Assembly: GCF_006345805.1 (NCBI RefSeq)
Contig: NC_043012.1
Span: 52,204,001 to 52,268,000 of the forward strand
Direction: 5' to 3'
DNA: 64,000 bases
DNA from: Octopus sinensis
Taxonomy: Eukaryota
Shown: one piece after another, positions 1-14,446 of the stretch
How positions within the stretch are numbered: the stretch's first letter is position 1
Layout of the letters: each line of letters starts with the position of its first letter
The notes under the pieces: model-generated
Told to the model about the DNA's origin: nothing
Databases searched by the model: none
What the model saw: only the letters and a program-made list of their open reading frames with translations
Program-made: the position numbers and the translations under genes

Positions 1-20
1 CTTTCATATAAGTATATATA

Positions 21-71
<51 letters not shown>

Positions 72-149
72 GTGTGTGTGGTGTGTGTGTGTGTGTGTAT
101 ACATACATACACATAAATATTCTTGGGTGTGTATGTATATATATATATG

Positions 150-181
<32 letters not shown>

Positions 182-571
182 TATATCTTTGCAACTTTTA
201 ATAAAACCTGTCCTTGTATGAAACGATCGTACTAAAAACCTATCCATTCTTGTTGCTTCTTCTTTCTCGTTTATATATATATATATATATATATACATAT
301 GAACATATGTGTATATGTACATACACATAAATATGCATGGGTATATATATATATATATATACATATATACATATATACATATGTAAATATATATTATACA
401 CACACACATACACACATGCACGCACATATATATTTATATATCGCTGCATACATGCTTCACCCACTTAGCATTCAATGGTCTTCCACGTTGTAAATTTAAC
501 CTTTGTAACGAAGTCAAGAGCAATATTTTCCTCTCGCCTCTCTCTTGTACCACCTTCTGTTTCAGTCACCT

Positions 572-616
<45 letters not shown>

Positions 617-664
617 CGCTCTCACTCTCACTTGCCTACAAAGCCACACATTTTCTACACATGC

Positions 665-695
<31 letters not shown>

Positions 696-1071
696 AATGC
701 TACTTATATGTATGTATTTTACATGTCCGCATGTCTATATCGATGCACATACGTAAATTGATAGGATTAAGTTCCTTTTCATCATTCTCTGTATGCGTAT
801 GTGTGTAAGCCTGTGTGTGTGTATGTGTGTGCGTGTGTATCTTTAGGCGTGCTCTTATGCGAGTTGAAGTACTTGATCTATATATGTGAATTTGTCTGAG
901 TCTATGTAGCGTATGTGTAAACAGCTACGTTCCTACGTATAATGTGTCTGTTTTTAACACTTGGATATCCAAACGTTGCTTGCGTATATTTGAGTCTATT
1001 TGTGTGTACATCCGATCGGATGTATAAAAGTGAGGCTTCTCTCTTTCTCTGTTTTCTTTCTCTCTCTTCAT

Positions 1072-1157
<86 letters not shown>

Positions 1158-1696
1158 TTATATACATGTGGGTGTCTATGTGTACGTGTAAGTTCGTGGC
1201 TACGCAGTCTATGAAAAATGTGTTGGAGTTAAGTGTCATCTAACTTTGAAAGTACTGCCAACTTATGTATATCTTTATATAACAGAATATAGATCATCTA
1301 AGCGGTTATTAAATGTTGGAGATCAGTTTTAAAGAAAATTTTCCAACTGTATTTTATGTAGATACGTCAAACTCAGAGCATTTTAGTTCCTGCTCTCTTA
1401 TGTCAAACAATTAATTTCTTCTCATAAATAACTCTGGTAACTTCATCAAATATCTCTGCTTGAATAGGATCTCCCGGAGAGATCCTACCCAACCTGTAGA
1501 CAAACATATCTATTCTATTGATAAATCCGAATTATAAATTATTTAATGATAGAAGGTCACACATAAGCGTTGGCCCAGTGGCCGAAATGCTGAAGGTTTT
1601 AATCAGTACACTGAGACTGTCTTTCAACTGCGTTTCTACAAAGATCAGAGGTGTTATCTGTTGAGTTGTGTGTGTGTGTATGTATGTGTGTGCGTG

Positions 1697-1807
<111 letters not shown>

Positions 1808-4186
1808 TTGAGTAAGAATTATGAGATGATTTCGCAGAGCAGAAAATATTAGTGTACGACCTTCTGTGAAAAATTCGTATGGTTGAATGTAAAAACTTGA
1901 AATAACGATAGATTTCTAAAGGGACACATTCTTGCAATCAAAAGCTTTTATCGCTCTTTGATTAATAGTCGAGGTTGTTAACAGTATTTATTATACTGGT
2001 GCGTCGTAACCAAATATTTCCTTACAGTGTAATTGTTCAGACTTGAATTTTTCTTTCAAGAGATACTTGAAAGGGTATTAGAGTGCCTAAGACGAAACCT
2101 GATAGAAAGAGTGGCGGCTCATATCTAAATTGTTTTGTTTCTTTCACGCAAATGTGTTCTATTTGAGCAAATCTGTTATCAAAGACGATGCAGTAGGGAG
2201 CAATCTGCTGTCAAGTGTATCTAGCTCTGAATTACCTAACTTTTCAAGATTGTGAATTGTTATAGGAAATTGATTCGGGCACTGCTTTAGATGGTGGCTA
2301 AAATAATCATAAGTGTCGGAATGGCAGATTCTTTAAAATGCAGGATGCAATTCCTTTAAATCGGTCGTCTTCGATCTGGGTTCAGATTCTGACGAAGGAA
2401 AACTTTTTGTTTCCTTTCTCCTTCTACAGTCGATAAATATCGTATTAGTCCAAGGCAGTATTTGGTCAATTAATAGAGGCCCAATTCTTAACGCGACGCG
2501 TACTATTGCCCTAAATGGTAAAAATGGACGAAACATCGCGTGATTTAATTTCTGCTCTCACTTTATAAAAAAAACATTTCTTTGATTAAAAACTTTTCTT
2601 CTCTGTCGCATCGATAAAAAATAGTGAAGAAACTCAAACTTAATATCCATTTTTTCATTCGCTATTACATAGTATAATTCTTAAATATGAAGTTTATTAA
2701 AATTAGATAACATATAAAAACCTACCATTATACCACACCAGTTTTAATTCGATAAGTCTTTCAAAGACCAATACAATAATATTTATCTTCACTTTATGAT
2801 TTCAACGTCCATAACTATTGTCTCATTGTCTACAATTTTTAGACATTTGATATATTCCTCTTTATTTTGACAAGAGAATCACTCCTAACATTGCTACTTC
2901 ATAACTAAGAATTCGTTTAAATAAATTTGCTGGCATTTAAAAACAAATTATCATCAGTTTTAGAAAGTAGAAATGCAAAATAGAAAAATGAAATTATTTA
3001 CATTCACCAATCGTAAATAAATATATTCAGAAAAATAATCTTTTTGTATTTGATTATAAAAAGAAATGAAATCTACCGCCTAATCTGTTTCCACTTCACT
3101 ATTGTCGTAGCTAATCTTGCAACATAATTCAGAGGAAAAATAGTGTTTTAATTTCGAAGAGGTTAAAAATGATATTGAATATTTCTTTACTATGAAACCT
3201 GAAGATTTTACGCCCAAGGGATCAAATTTCCCAAATAAATGTGGTGATGTTATCTATAGGAAGTGGGGACATTATCTTCATTGAATACATCAAGTAAGAC
3301 CAAAGAACCCTGTCTTGCTTTCTCATCTTTATATCCGACTAGACATTCGTTCCAAGCTAATACATACGTTGCTATGAGTAGATCTGTGTTTTATGCAAAC
3401 GTTTGTGTTGTAATGCATGTGTACGTAGAATACTTCAGTCTATTGCCAATCAGTGATTGTCTCCTCTTGTTAGGACATACTGAAAAGTGAGAGGACAGAA
3501 AGTAAACAACCTTTCGATAAGAAAATTAAATAATTTTCCTACTGTGCATGCGTGCGTTTGTGTGTGAGTATGTATGAATGTGTGTGTGTGTGTGTGTATG
3601 TATTTGTGTGTGTGTATGGGTTCCCGTAGCAGTCTCTTTTATTGTCTGATTTTGCAAACTTTCTGTATGGAATTTTGATTCTTTCCTGTATAAGTATTCG
3701 TTATTATATAAGCATGTATATTCAAACTTATTCCGTTGCCATATCCACATGGTATTACCAAATATATATTTAGCGATTCTTCTTCGTTACTTCAGCAGAC
3801 ACACAGACAAATGTTTATTCATGTGGGTGCCTGCGTGATTTTGTTTCGCAATCATTTGATTATAGAGATAAATGTGTGTGTGTGTGTGTGTTTGTTTGTG
3901 TGTGCGCGCACGCGTGTATGAGTGAGAGTGTGTGCGTGAGTTTTCCCAGATTATAACATACATAAATATGTATGTGCCTGAGTATACATATATATAAATG
4001 TGTTTTTATGTGTGGAGGGTGTATATATAAATGTTGCATGCATATGTTTATGTATATATATATTTACACACATATTTATATATTCATATATATGAATATT
4101 TATGTATATATATAAATATATATATATATTCATATATATATATACATGTATATATATGTATACACATATATGTTTATATATATATA

Positions 4187-4233
<47 letters not shown>

Positions 4234-5961
4234 ATATATTTAAGTATATATGTGTGTGTGAGTATGTTCTATGTACATACATAATACATAGACATTTAGA
4301 TGTATACATTTGAATTTATGTACATATGCATGCATCAGTAAATCTGTTTGCTACAATCTTACCCAAATTTCAGGAAGCCAAGTATTACTGCAAACTTCAC
4401 ACATAAATGACTACTTTCTCTCATTACTTGAAGCAGTGTCTACGACAGATTTCATTTCCTTCTCTGCTGCAGATATTGCTTTTAGAAAGGAAAGGACTTT
4501 ATAAAGTCATCACCGTCCAATATGAACATAAAGTATGTATGCCATTGATCGCAGCGGTATTAGAAACGGATATACAGAATGCAAAGGCAGCAGCTGAGTT
4601 GAGTTGAGAGGATACCGGACGTCTATGACAGTAGATTCCTTAGTTTACGTTCGGTTATTGAACTTGTTTTATTCATGAACATCTGATTTGTGTTATCTAG
4701 CAGTAATATAGACAACATTGGTTATGCGCGGATCTTATTTACAAGCTTGTGTTGAATCTAATATATTCGGTTTCTTTATTATTTGAAATTTAAATATTTT
4801 TCAGACGGTTCTTCGGTTGCAGTGACCTCAGTAAATTCATCTAATTATTCATCTAATTAATAGATTGAGAGACAAATTTAGTCCACTTGTGATATTTGGC
4901 TTGTGTCGCCAAACATCATTTGCAGACTTTAGAATGTTTGGATAAATTATTGAATTCTTCTTTGGATAAAGGAATCAATGACTTGTCAGGCAAAGCTATT
5001 CATGCAATTAGTTCAATTAAGTAGGTCATTCCTTGCAGTGCTCTATATCGACAGCAATTATTTACCATGCATTTCTGTAAAGAAGACGACAGAGGGTTGT
5101 ATCCTAAAGTATTGAAATTGAAGTTTCTGTAATGTAATATCTTCGAAAAGAAAAATAACTTTTAAAAGAAAAACATAATAAATTCATAAATCTTACAACT
5201 GTATAACTATTGATTTTGCCTTGTTCTCCTGTTTAATATGCTTATTCACTTAGAATATAAAATCATACACATGTTTACACACACAAACACAAGTATATAC
5301 ATATACATGCGTATATATTATACATATACACATATATATATATGTATACGTATTATATATTTGTGCGTGTGTGTGTGGAGAGAGAGAGAGAGAGAGAGAG
5401 AGGAGACTTAAATACAGATAATAAAAGAAAGAAGAATGCTAATTCCAACGGCAACGTATATAATGATGCTACAAATAAAATATGAAGAGCTAACTCAGAA
5501 ATTTTGAAGGGAGGTCGCTCAGCAGTAGCAATCAAATTTCCCTCAGATATCATTGTTTCGAACTACATAGGGCAGGAATGTTTTGCGTAGTCTAAAGAGA
5601 AACGGATGTGATAATAGCTTGAGAATTCTCATTAATCAGCGGTATGCAGGTATCATCACCACTCAGGAGTGTCCATAGACGTATAACAGTGTTATTGCAA
5701 TGCAACACATGATCATTAATTATATATCAAAGAGACAATGAAATCTACAATTTTTAGATAAACAAATTATTTCGTTAATTACTTACTTAAACTTCACTTC
5801 ATGGCTACCATACAAGTTTTCAAGAAATAAACGACAATTTTACGAATTTCATAAATTCATAGGTACTAACTATGTTATATATTTAGTGTATATATCATAT
5901 ATAGTACATTATTTACATTATTTAAAATTGACGGATATTTGTCCATATATTTTTTGCTGTT

Positions 5962-6007
5962 AACTCAACGTTTCGGCTGATATACTCTCCAGCCTTCATC
6001 AGGTGTC
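5962..6007 (-). ncRNA. Minimal type I hammerhead ribozyme motif (Penelope-like)
   Basis: Minus strand reads GACAC-CTGATGA-A-GGCTG(gagagtatat)CAGCC-GAAAC-GTT-GAGTT. This gives an intact core, a 5-bp stem II, a palindromic AACGTT stem III and 4/5 stem I pairs. Confidence 0.75.
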
Positions 6008-6093
6008 TTAGGGAAATTTCGAACCTGTGATCTTATTCCTAGGGTATTTTACCATGTTGTTGTTGTTGTTGTTATTATTATTATTATTTATTA

Positions 6094-6138
<45 letters not shown>

Positions 6139-6222
6139 CTTTATTAATGTCATTATTATTATTATTCAGGTCACTACCTGGAATCCAACCCGGAATCTTG
6201 GGTTTAGTAGAAATTTCCTCAA

Positions 6223-6268
6223 GACACCTGATGAAGGCTGGAAGGTATATCAGCCGAAACGTTGTACT
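6223..6268 (+). ncRNA. Minimal type I hammerhead ribozyme motif (Penelope-like)
   Basis: GACAC-CTGATGA-A-GGCTG(gaaggtatat)CAGCC-GAAAC-GTT-GTACT. The core and stem II are intact; stem I is decayed in this copy. Confidence 0.7.
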
Positions 6269-6385
6269 AACAGCAAAGAAGATGAGGACAAATATCCGTC
6301 ACTTATAAATAATGTAAATAATGTACATAATTCCTCACCTTTTAAATATAGAACTGTATTATCATATATAGTGTATATTATATAT

Positions 6386-6431
<46 letters not shown>

Positions 6432-6437
6432 TGTATC

Positions 6438-6468
<31 letters not shown>

Positions 6469-6606
6469 AAATATTCTATAATTGTACAAAATTCACCAAT
6501 AAAGTTTATTTTAACGTACTGACTACTTGGTAAAATTATTATTAAACAATTAATGGATTAATTAATTAATTAATTAATTAATCTTATTCTATGTCATATA
6601 TATATA

Positions 6607-7203
<597 letters not shown>

Positions 7204-9087
7204 ATGCGCTTATTCACTGCGGGATTCGGCCATGGAAAAATTCCATTAAGACGTCGAGTGTCAAAAACAGTTAAGACCTGTAACCAGGCGAAGCAAATTT
7301 CCCTGTAGATGAAGGAAAACGATAGATATCGATATTTTTATGTTGTTTCAGCTCGTCACCATCTTATAGATGAGCTATTTTGAAACGAATTAGAATAACT
7401 GGTCTGAGGTATATAAGCGTAAAATCTACCCGCTGATTTGCAGTAGGGCTGCGCAACAGAAATAAATTTCAATTTTGAATTAGGATTAGTTCTAATAGTG
7501 TAAACATTATCGATGTCACATACTTCAGGCGTGCTTTTTGCTTATGTACTCATTGGTTGCAGTAGTCGTCTAGGGATCATACAGGTGTACACAAAACGCA
7601 AACATTAAGTATGAGACATCGGTAATGTTTACATTATTAGAGATGCATCTTATTCGAAATTAAATTTTGATTCTGTGAGCGGCACAGTTGCACATAGTTG
7701 ATATATTTTACACGATCTGAACATGTGTGTGTAAGTACGTGCGTGTGTGTATGCATGCGTATATATATCTATCTATTTGTAGACTTAGTGCTGAAACCAT
7801 TATAACTAAACTTTCAAGCTTTTTGCTTTATAATTTTGAATATATATATATACATATATATGTAGGAAAACTAGAAGTTAAAAATGCACTGAGAATAATT
7901 AAAATATTTTTTATTACTATATTTAATGATTTAACCAGTTTCGCAGTTGACACTGATTTTCAAGATGTTGAAATAGAAAGACATGGCTTATATTGCAACT
8001 TTCTTGCTTCTGACTAGTATTTGAAGCTTTGCCTATTTTTATAGGGAGTTCATGGCTCAAATTAGCAAATGTTTTGAATAGGATTGGATTGGCAGAGGAT
8101 AGTTAGATGACTGGTCTTAGAAATTTTTGTAGGTTCCTTGCTACGTCCGTATGTTAGTATCAAATGACAATGTTTGGCGTCGTAAGTTAAGGTTCACATG
8201 TTTGGATGAACAGTTCAAGTGACAGGAGCAAACGATCAATTCTCTGAATGTTTTCTGTCAAGTCTTTGTAGATAATGAACACTTGATTGTGTTGAGAACC
8301 TTTAGTACGTTTCCCGCTGCGCCCTTGTTTTAGTGTCACGTAAAAGTATATTTTGCACCAAAAATAATGGCCGACACGATGGACTGAACATGTTTAGTTA
8401 CAATCGAGGCACTCTAAATTTAATCTGCCAAGTGTGAGAGAGGACAGGAGTCGTTTGCATGTAGTCCTGTGGCTAAAGTTTATGTTGTTTGCAGTGTAGG
8501 TTCTTCACGTTAAGTGGCAGAATGAGTTTTGTGTGTGAATAGCTATTTACAGACAAACGGGGCGGTTCTTTTCGTGTCCTCCTTATCATCCGGTTGCAAT
8601 GCTGTCGCGAATTCCCGTGACTCTCAACCGCCACCCAATTGGGCATGTCAGAGGTATTACAGTTTATGTTGCTACAAACGTGCATGATACTGGTCTTGGT
8701 TTGTCGTCCTCTGCTACTTTTTCCTTGCGTAGGATTACACAAAAGAGCTTCTCTAGCCATTTCGTTTTCACCTCTCTAGCAATTTCCTGTGAATATGACT
8801 CATGCTTCCTACATACATTCAAATCTCATCGCTCAGCAATGAATGCGTTCTGCTGAAGTCTCGTCTCAGGCCTCAGTGACGGATGAATCAACTACAGAGT
8901 CAACACAAAATCTTGGATGCAAAATAACAATTTCGACAATTTTGAGGTAGTCTAGAGTAGTCGTTGTATCTTTGACACTCAAAACCTAAAAGGTAATTTT
9001 CCTGAATGAATTTTTCCAGTAGCCAATAGGCACACACATAAATACGTATATTATCTGCTGGTTTACATTGATAGAACTGCTTAAGTC

Positions 9088-9303
9088 GGTGAGCTGGCAG
9101 AGTCGATAGCCCGCCGGAAAAAATGCTTAGCAGTAGTTCGTCTGTCTTTACGTTCTGTGTTCAAATTTCACCGAGATCGGCTTTGCATTCCATCCTTTCG
9201 GGGTCAATAATTTAAGCACCAGTGAAGCAGTGGGGTCGATGTAATCGACTAGTTCTCTTCCCTCAAATTTCAGGCATTGTGCCTATATTAGTAAGGATTA
9301 TTA
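9088..9303 (+). mobile_element. tRNA-derived SINE family A (tail type 2)
   Basis: GGTGAGCTGGCAGAG head, GTTCAAAT B-box, central TTTGCATTCCATCCTTTCGGGGTCAATAA domain and tail ...TTGTGCCTATATTAGTAAGGATTATTA. Confidence 0.8.
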
Positions 9304-10458
9304 GAACTGCTTATAATTTAAAATAAATAGTAATTCTCCATTCTTACTCCACATCGTCTTATATTATTTAAAAGGTAATGACAAACCTAATTTAAAATGT
9401 TCAAATATAATTCTTATATTTTTACCTTTGTGTGATACATTAATTGGGAATAGATTGAGAAACTCCGGTAGTGTATGGAAGTTCCACGTACACATGGCTG
9501 TACAATAATAACCTAATTTTATTGAAAATATATACTGTTATAGGCATAGACAATATATATATATAGTAGTGCTAAAAATTGCAAACTAACTAAAGAATGT
9601 CATTCACTTCAATATTGGAGAGGTGGAAAAAAAAAAAACGGAAAATATTCAGAAAAAGCGAGTCTGGCGAGGTGAAGAGAGAGACATACTTTAATACTGC
9701 AAATATTGAAGAAGCGACATAAAAATTTAAATATCTAGTAAAAATAAATAAGTACAATATTATTGACCTGCATATGTGAAATTGTTGCTAATAGCTAGAT
9801 AAAGTGTTATGCAGTTATTGTTTTGGAAATATCATTTTTGAAAGATCCCTGCCTTTCAGATCTCACCCATATGGTTTAAAACTATAAACACGATATCATA
9901 TTACATCGCTTTTGTCAAAGTTTTGTTTCGTTTTTGTATATGTTGGCTTTCTTTTCCCCACCCTCCCGAATATATCGTCATCTGCACAACACTGAATTAC
10001 TGAAGCTGTTTCATTTGTCAGTTGAGAGTCAAAGTTACTTCACATAAGACTACTCGCGTCATAACAATCAAGACTGACAGGTGTTAATGAAGTATTCTAT
10101 CTTAATGCCAAAGCAAACTGATCTTACTGTTTTCCGATGAAGTGTGGGGCAGCACCTTAGCGAGTGGTAATACAAAAGCTGTCTGTATTTGGCAAATATT
10201 TGAATTTTGCACCAATCTGTTTACCTAAAATTTCCATGTATAAGTTTACACGATGTTTCCAAGTGACGACCTGGTCGTATATTTAAAGTAACACAAAAAG
10301 CTTTCTACGTGTCATTAGTTGTCAAAAACATTTCACTCTGCTATTTAACTTGCTATTTATTATTTATATATCTAGTTAGCGGCATCAAATATACTGTGAA
10401 ACAGACTTAATAAAACATTATGTATGAGCTCATCTCGATATCTATAATATTATATATA

Positions 10459-10503
<45 letters not shown>

Positions 10504-10551
10504 TATATATATATTATAATATGGATATATATATACATACATATATATATC

Positions 10552-10585
<34 letters not shown>

Positions 10586-10953
10586 ATAATATATATGATA
10601 TATATATGTGTATATATATATATATATATACATATACATATGTATATACATATATATATACATATATATATATATATATTATAATATATATATACATATA
10701 CATATATATACACATACATATATTGTACAGACACACACTCACACCACACACACCACTCATTATATATATATATACATATATATACGCATATACGTATATA
10801 TGTATGTGCGTATACAGTGTGTGTGTGTGTGTGTGTCTGAATACGTTCACACACACAAATATGTATATGCTTATGTATGTATGCAAAGCTACCTACGCGC
10901 ACCTATACATGTGTATATCTATATCTATCTATCTATTTATCCATCTATCTATC

Positions 10954-11011
<58 letters not shown>

Positions 11012-11092
11012 ATATCATTTTCCCGAGCGTCGAACCAATACACTTGCTTGTTGTTCATACACCAGTCTTCGTCTCTCGCTTTCTATAAGTAT

Positions 11093-11148
<56 letters not shown>

Positions 11149-12674
11149 ATATATATTACATATGTATATATATACATATACATATATACATACTTATATA
11201 TGTATGCATATATATACGCATATATATATATATACACACATATATATATACATACATACATACATAAATACATGCATACGCATATAAGCACATAGATATG
11301 TATGAGTCTATGAGCACAATCTGTATGTGTATATCTATGTGTATAATAGATAGCTTACTTGATTCTTTTGCTAAAAGACCGCATTTAAATGATGCTTCCG
11401 TTATTGTTGCTCGTACAGTCACAGTTGTCGTTGTCGTCTTCGTCATAGATTTTGTTGTAGCTTTCTTTGTTGTTGTCGTCGTCTACTTTATTTCTTCAAA
11501 CAGCAGGGCGATAAATAATTATCTATAACCATACTCCTCCATCATCTGGCTGACTCACTTAGTTCTCTTTTTATTTATTCATCTGTCGCTTCGTTGGTGT
11601 AATTTATCCAAAATTTGCACCAGCATTCTGTTGTATTTTCTATCTGCTTCGTCAACTACACATCATATCTGTCTATTTATTTGTCCAGCTTTTGTGTAAA
11701 AGTTGTGTTTTATTTCATCCTTCAGCATTTCTTTAGCCAGTAAATAGTTGCTATTTCTTTGTCCAGTGTTCCAGTGTAGAGCAATCATTCTGACAGTCAC
11801 TGGAAAATGTCTTGTTTATCAAGCGATACGCCATTATTCCAAGGGTTCTTGGCAACATTTTGGACATTCCATCTGTCATACAGAGGAATGAGGACTCAAT
11901 TTTAAGACGATACGTCTTCTTCTCACCGATCACCAATCATTTTCGTAACCGACTTTACTTGTTTTCTTGCTACATTTCTCAAGTTATTTCATCAAAAGTT
12001 ATTTAAGGTCTGTGTTTTGATAGATTTATATAAAGCAACATAAACAGCTATGAGAGGAGAACATCAGACCAACAGACTCGCACACACATGCGATTTAACA
12101 TAGTATAAAGCGACTGAGTTCGACAATTGTTTCAGGAAAATGATCATACATACGAGAAAACATTATAGTGTCATTTTTTAAAACTCGGCACAAGTCACAA
12201 GAAATTTATTTTATTTTATTATTTTATTTATTTATTTTGCAATGATTTGATATCGTATCTTCAACTTTTTATTATCAAACGAAACGAGAGTCTTGAAAAA
12301 TCAAGTAACTGCCATTGAAACGTTATATACATTTATCCAGATTCGGGAAGATCTCTTTATTTATATACACAGATAGAATTCATCCACATTGAGTCCACAT
12401 CAGTAAAGTAGAGTTGCAAATATTTGAATGATGGATAAACGAGTAAAGAGACTGCCGTAAAGGATGTAAGATATTGAACGTACTAGAAGTAAACGAAACG
12501 CATTTTCATTTTGCCGAATCCTTATGGCAGGAATATACTAGAGTAATTTCAAACACACAGGTAATCCACACATCAGGCAAGAAGCATTCGCATTAATATG
12601 ATATACATGCATACACACCCACTCACACGCACACATACACACACATACACACACATATATATATTAACAAAACT

Positions 12675-12715
<41 letters not shown>

Positions 12716-12787
12716 CAAAACTGTCCGACGAACGGGAACGTGAAACTGAGTAACAGCTTTTGTATATTTCTGCTGCTTTTAAATAAA

Positions 12788-12820
<33 letters not shown>

Positions 12821-12844
12821 AAAAAAACAAAAGTTCACGGAAAA

Positions 12845-13110
12845 AAAAAACAAAACGAGGACAGGTGGTGTATAAAACAAACAAACGTATTAGTATAACG
12901 CTAAGGAATAGAAAATCTCTTTTATGTTTCGAGCTTACGCTCTTCTACAGAGAGGGACACAGAAAAAAAAACAAGGAGAGAAACAAGAAGAGAAAAAAAA
13001 TGTGTGTACTGGCTACCGACCTATCATGGCGACTGCCGGACAAAAGGGTCACACAGGAGGGCGAAGAAGTAGAGGAGATAACAAAGAAAAGATGCCACTG
13101 AAAACGAAGG
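12845..13110 (-). mobile_element. Non-autonomous repeat carrying a hammerhead-like motif (probable Penelope-like derivative)
   Basis: Colinear similarity with 26545-26740 (ACAAAA.GA.GAC.GGT...GTATTAGT.T.ACG.T...GGAATAGAAAA...GTTTCGA.C.T.CGCTCTTC.ACAGA). Confidence 0.6.
12916..12956 (-). ncRNA. Variant hammerhead-like motif (degenerate)
   Basis: Minus strand reads CTGTAGA-A-GAGC(GTAA)GCTC-GAAAC-ATA. Stem II is perfect with a GNRA loop; the core is non-canonical at position 6 and stems I/III are decayed. Confidence 0.45.
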
Positions 13111-13199
13111 TGCGTGTGTGTATAAGAGAGCATTATGAGCGTGTGAAAGACGGCTGATGGTCTTGACGTGTGCGTGTGTGTATGTGTAGGTGTGAAAAT

Positions 13200-13625
13200 G
13201 TGGGGATGGGAATTGGTCAGTGCCGATGTGTGGGTGGTGTGTTGTGATGTGATGTGTAGTGTGATATGGTGTAGAGTGGCGTGGTGTGATGTTGTTGAGA
13301 AGTGGGGGAGGCGAGAGTGGGGAAAGCACGGGTGGGGTGTGGGTTAGGCTGAGGTTTGGGTAGATTTGGGGTATGTGGGTAGGTAAAGGGTGGGGGTAGA
13401 GTGGGGTTTGTGGGTAGGAAGAGGGTGGAGTTAGAAGTGGGGTATGTGGGAGAGGGTGTACGGGATGGGATGGGGGATGGAAAGGATAGGGAAGGTGGAG
13501 TAGGAATGTGTAGGGGTGGGGGTGAGCTAATGGGGGAGGGTTGACGATGAGGGGGGAAGGGGAATGTAGGTATGTGAGAAGAGAAGAGAGAGTAAGAGAG
13601 AAGAGAGATAGAGAGAGAGAAAGAG
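13200..13625 (+). repeat. G-rich, C-poor low-complexity tract
   Basis: Many GGG/GGGG runs interleaved with GT/GA, grading into (GA)n. Confidence 0.8.
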
Positions 13626-14446
13626 TAAGATAAATATATATATATATATATATCGTTTTTTGATTCGGTTTGCGAGATTCTTTATATAAGTTCGTGTGTT
13701 GAAGCATATTCTGTTGTGTCTGGGGAGAGCCATTCTCTTTTAGTGCCTTATTATTTAACACACTCACCAGTAAAATTTCCACTTATGTCTTATTTTAATT
13801 TTCTAAAATGTTCGTTGTGTCTTGCAACATTTTCAATATATATATATATTCGTCTAATTATCTGTGGTATATGTATATCTAAATATATGTATATATTTTT
13901 TATAATACATAATGTTTACAAGTAAGCGTTGAGACGGAAAGGCTATAGGGCATAAATTATCGCCCCTTCGAATAAAAAATCTGGCAAATTATTTGACTGA
14001 GACAAATCTGTAATCCTGATGTAATTCTATAATGATGTTTAATGCTGCTAATGCGTTTGAGCATGTGGCAATATCACAATCATGTAAAGCTATTCTCACC
14101 AGATTTTTGTCGGAACCGAATTAATTATAATTGCAAATATTAGCAACTCAATTACAATAAATTAATTATTCCAAACCAGCATTGATACAGAGATAACTTG
14201 ACTTGGCAAACCTCAATTCCAGCTTCTATCACATAACTGAGAGGTGGGTGAAGTGATACATTTTTTTCATCGTTATTGTTTTTATTATTTCACTTTTCTT
14301 GTCCGTAATGCGCACCCTCCATGGATATTCGGGTGGAGCTCTGAATGCGTTGCTTATGCGCCCGTTGTTTTGCTTCTGTTTTGGAATATTCTACCGAATT
14401 CATATGACTCCAGGGGATTAATATATGTGTAAATATATGCTTAAAC

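Larger units (their letters stand above)
5906..6359. mobile_element. SINE family H insertion with inverted duplicated 3' tail and 13-bp TSD
   Basis: TATCATATATAGT flanks both sides (5893-5905, 6360-6372). Arms ~5904-6020 and ~6210-6326 are inverted repeats. The middle carries a partial minus-strand tRNA-like head (B-box-like GGGTTGGATTCC) and an (ATT)n tract. Homologous to 54053-54305. Confidence 0.85.

Noticed and set aside
1465-1487. Perfect 9-bp hairpin TAGGATCTC/GAGATCCTA
   Set aside because: Isolated and expected occasionally by chance; no context.
7928-7968. Minus-strand TTGAAAA-T-CAGT(gtca)ACTG-C-GAAACTGGTT as a U3/A8 hammerhead variant
   Set aside because: No G10-C11 pair, no stem I and a single copy; too degenerate to call.
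8030-8900. Complex, moderately GC-rich block as a gene or LINE
   Set aside because: No recognisable motif in any frame by eye; probably an ancient TE but unsupported.
11560-11990. Possible decayed LINE zinc-finger region (minus CPKC)
   Set aside because: One short motif amid stops; insufficient.
13024-13782. 252-aa Pro/His-rich ORF
   Set aside because: Reverse translation of the G-rich low-complexity tract plus repeats.
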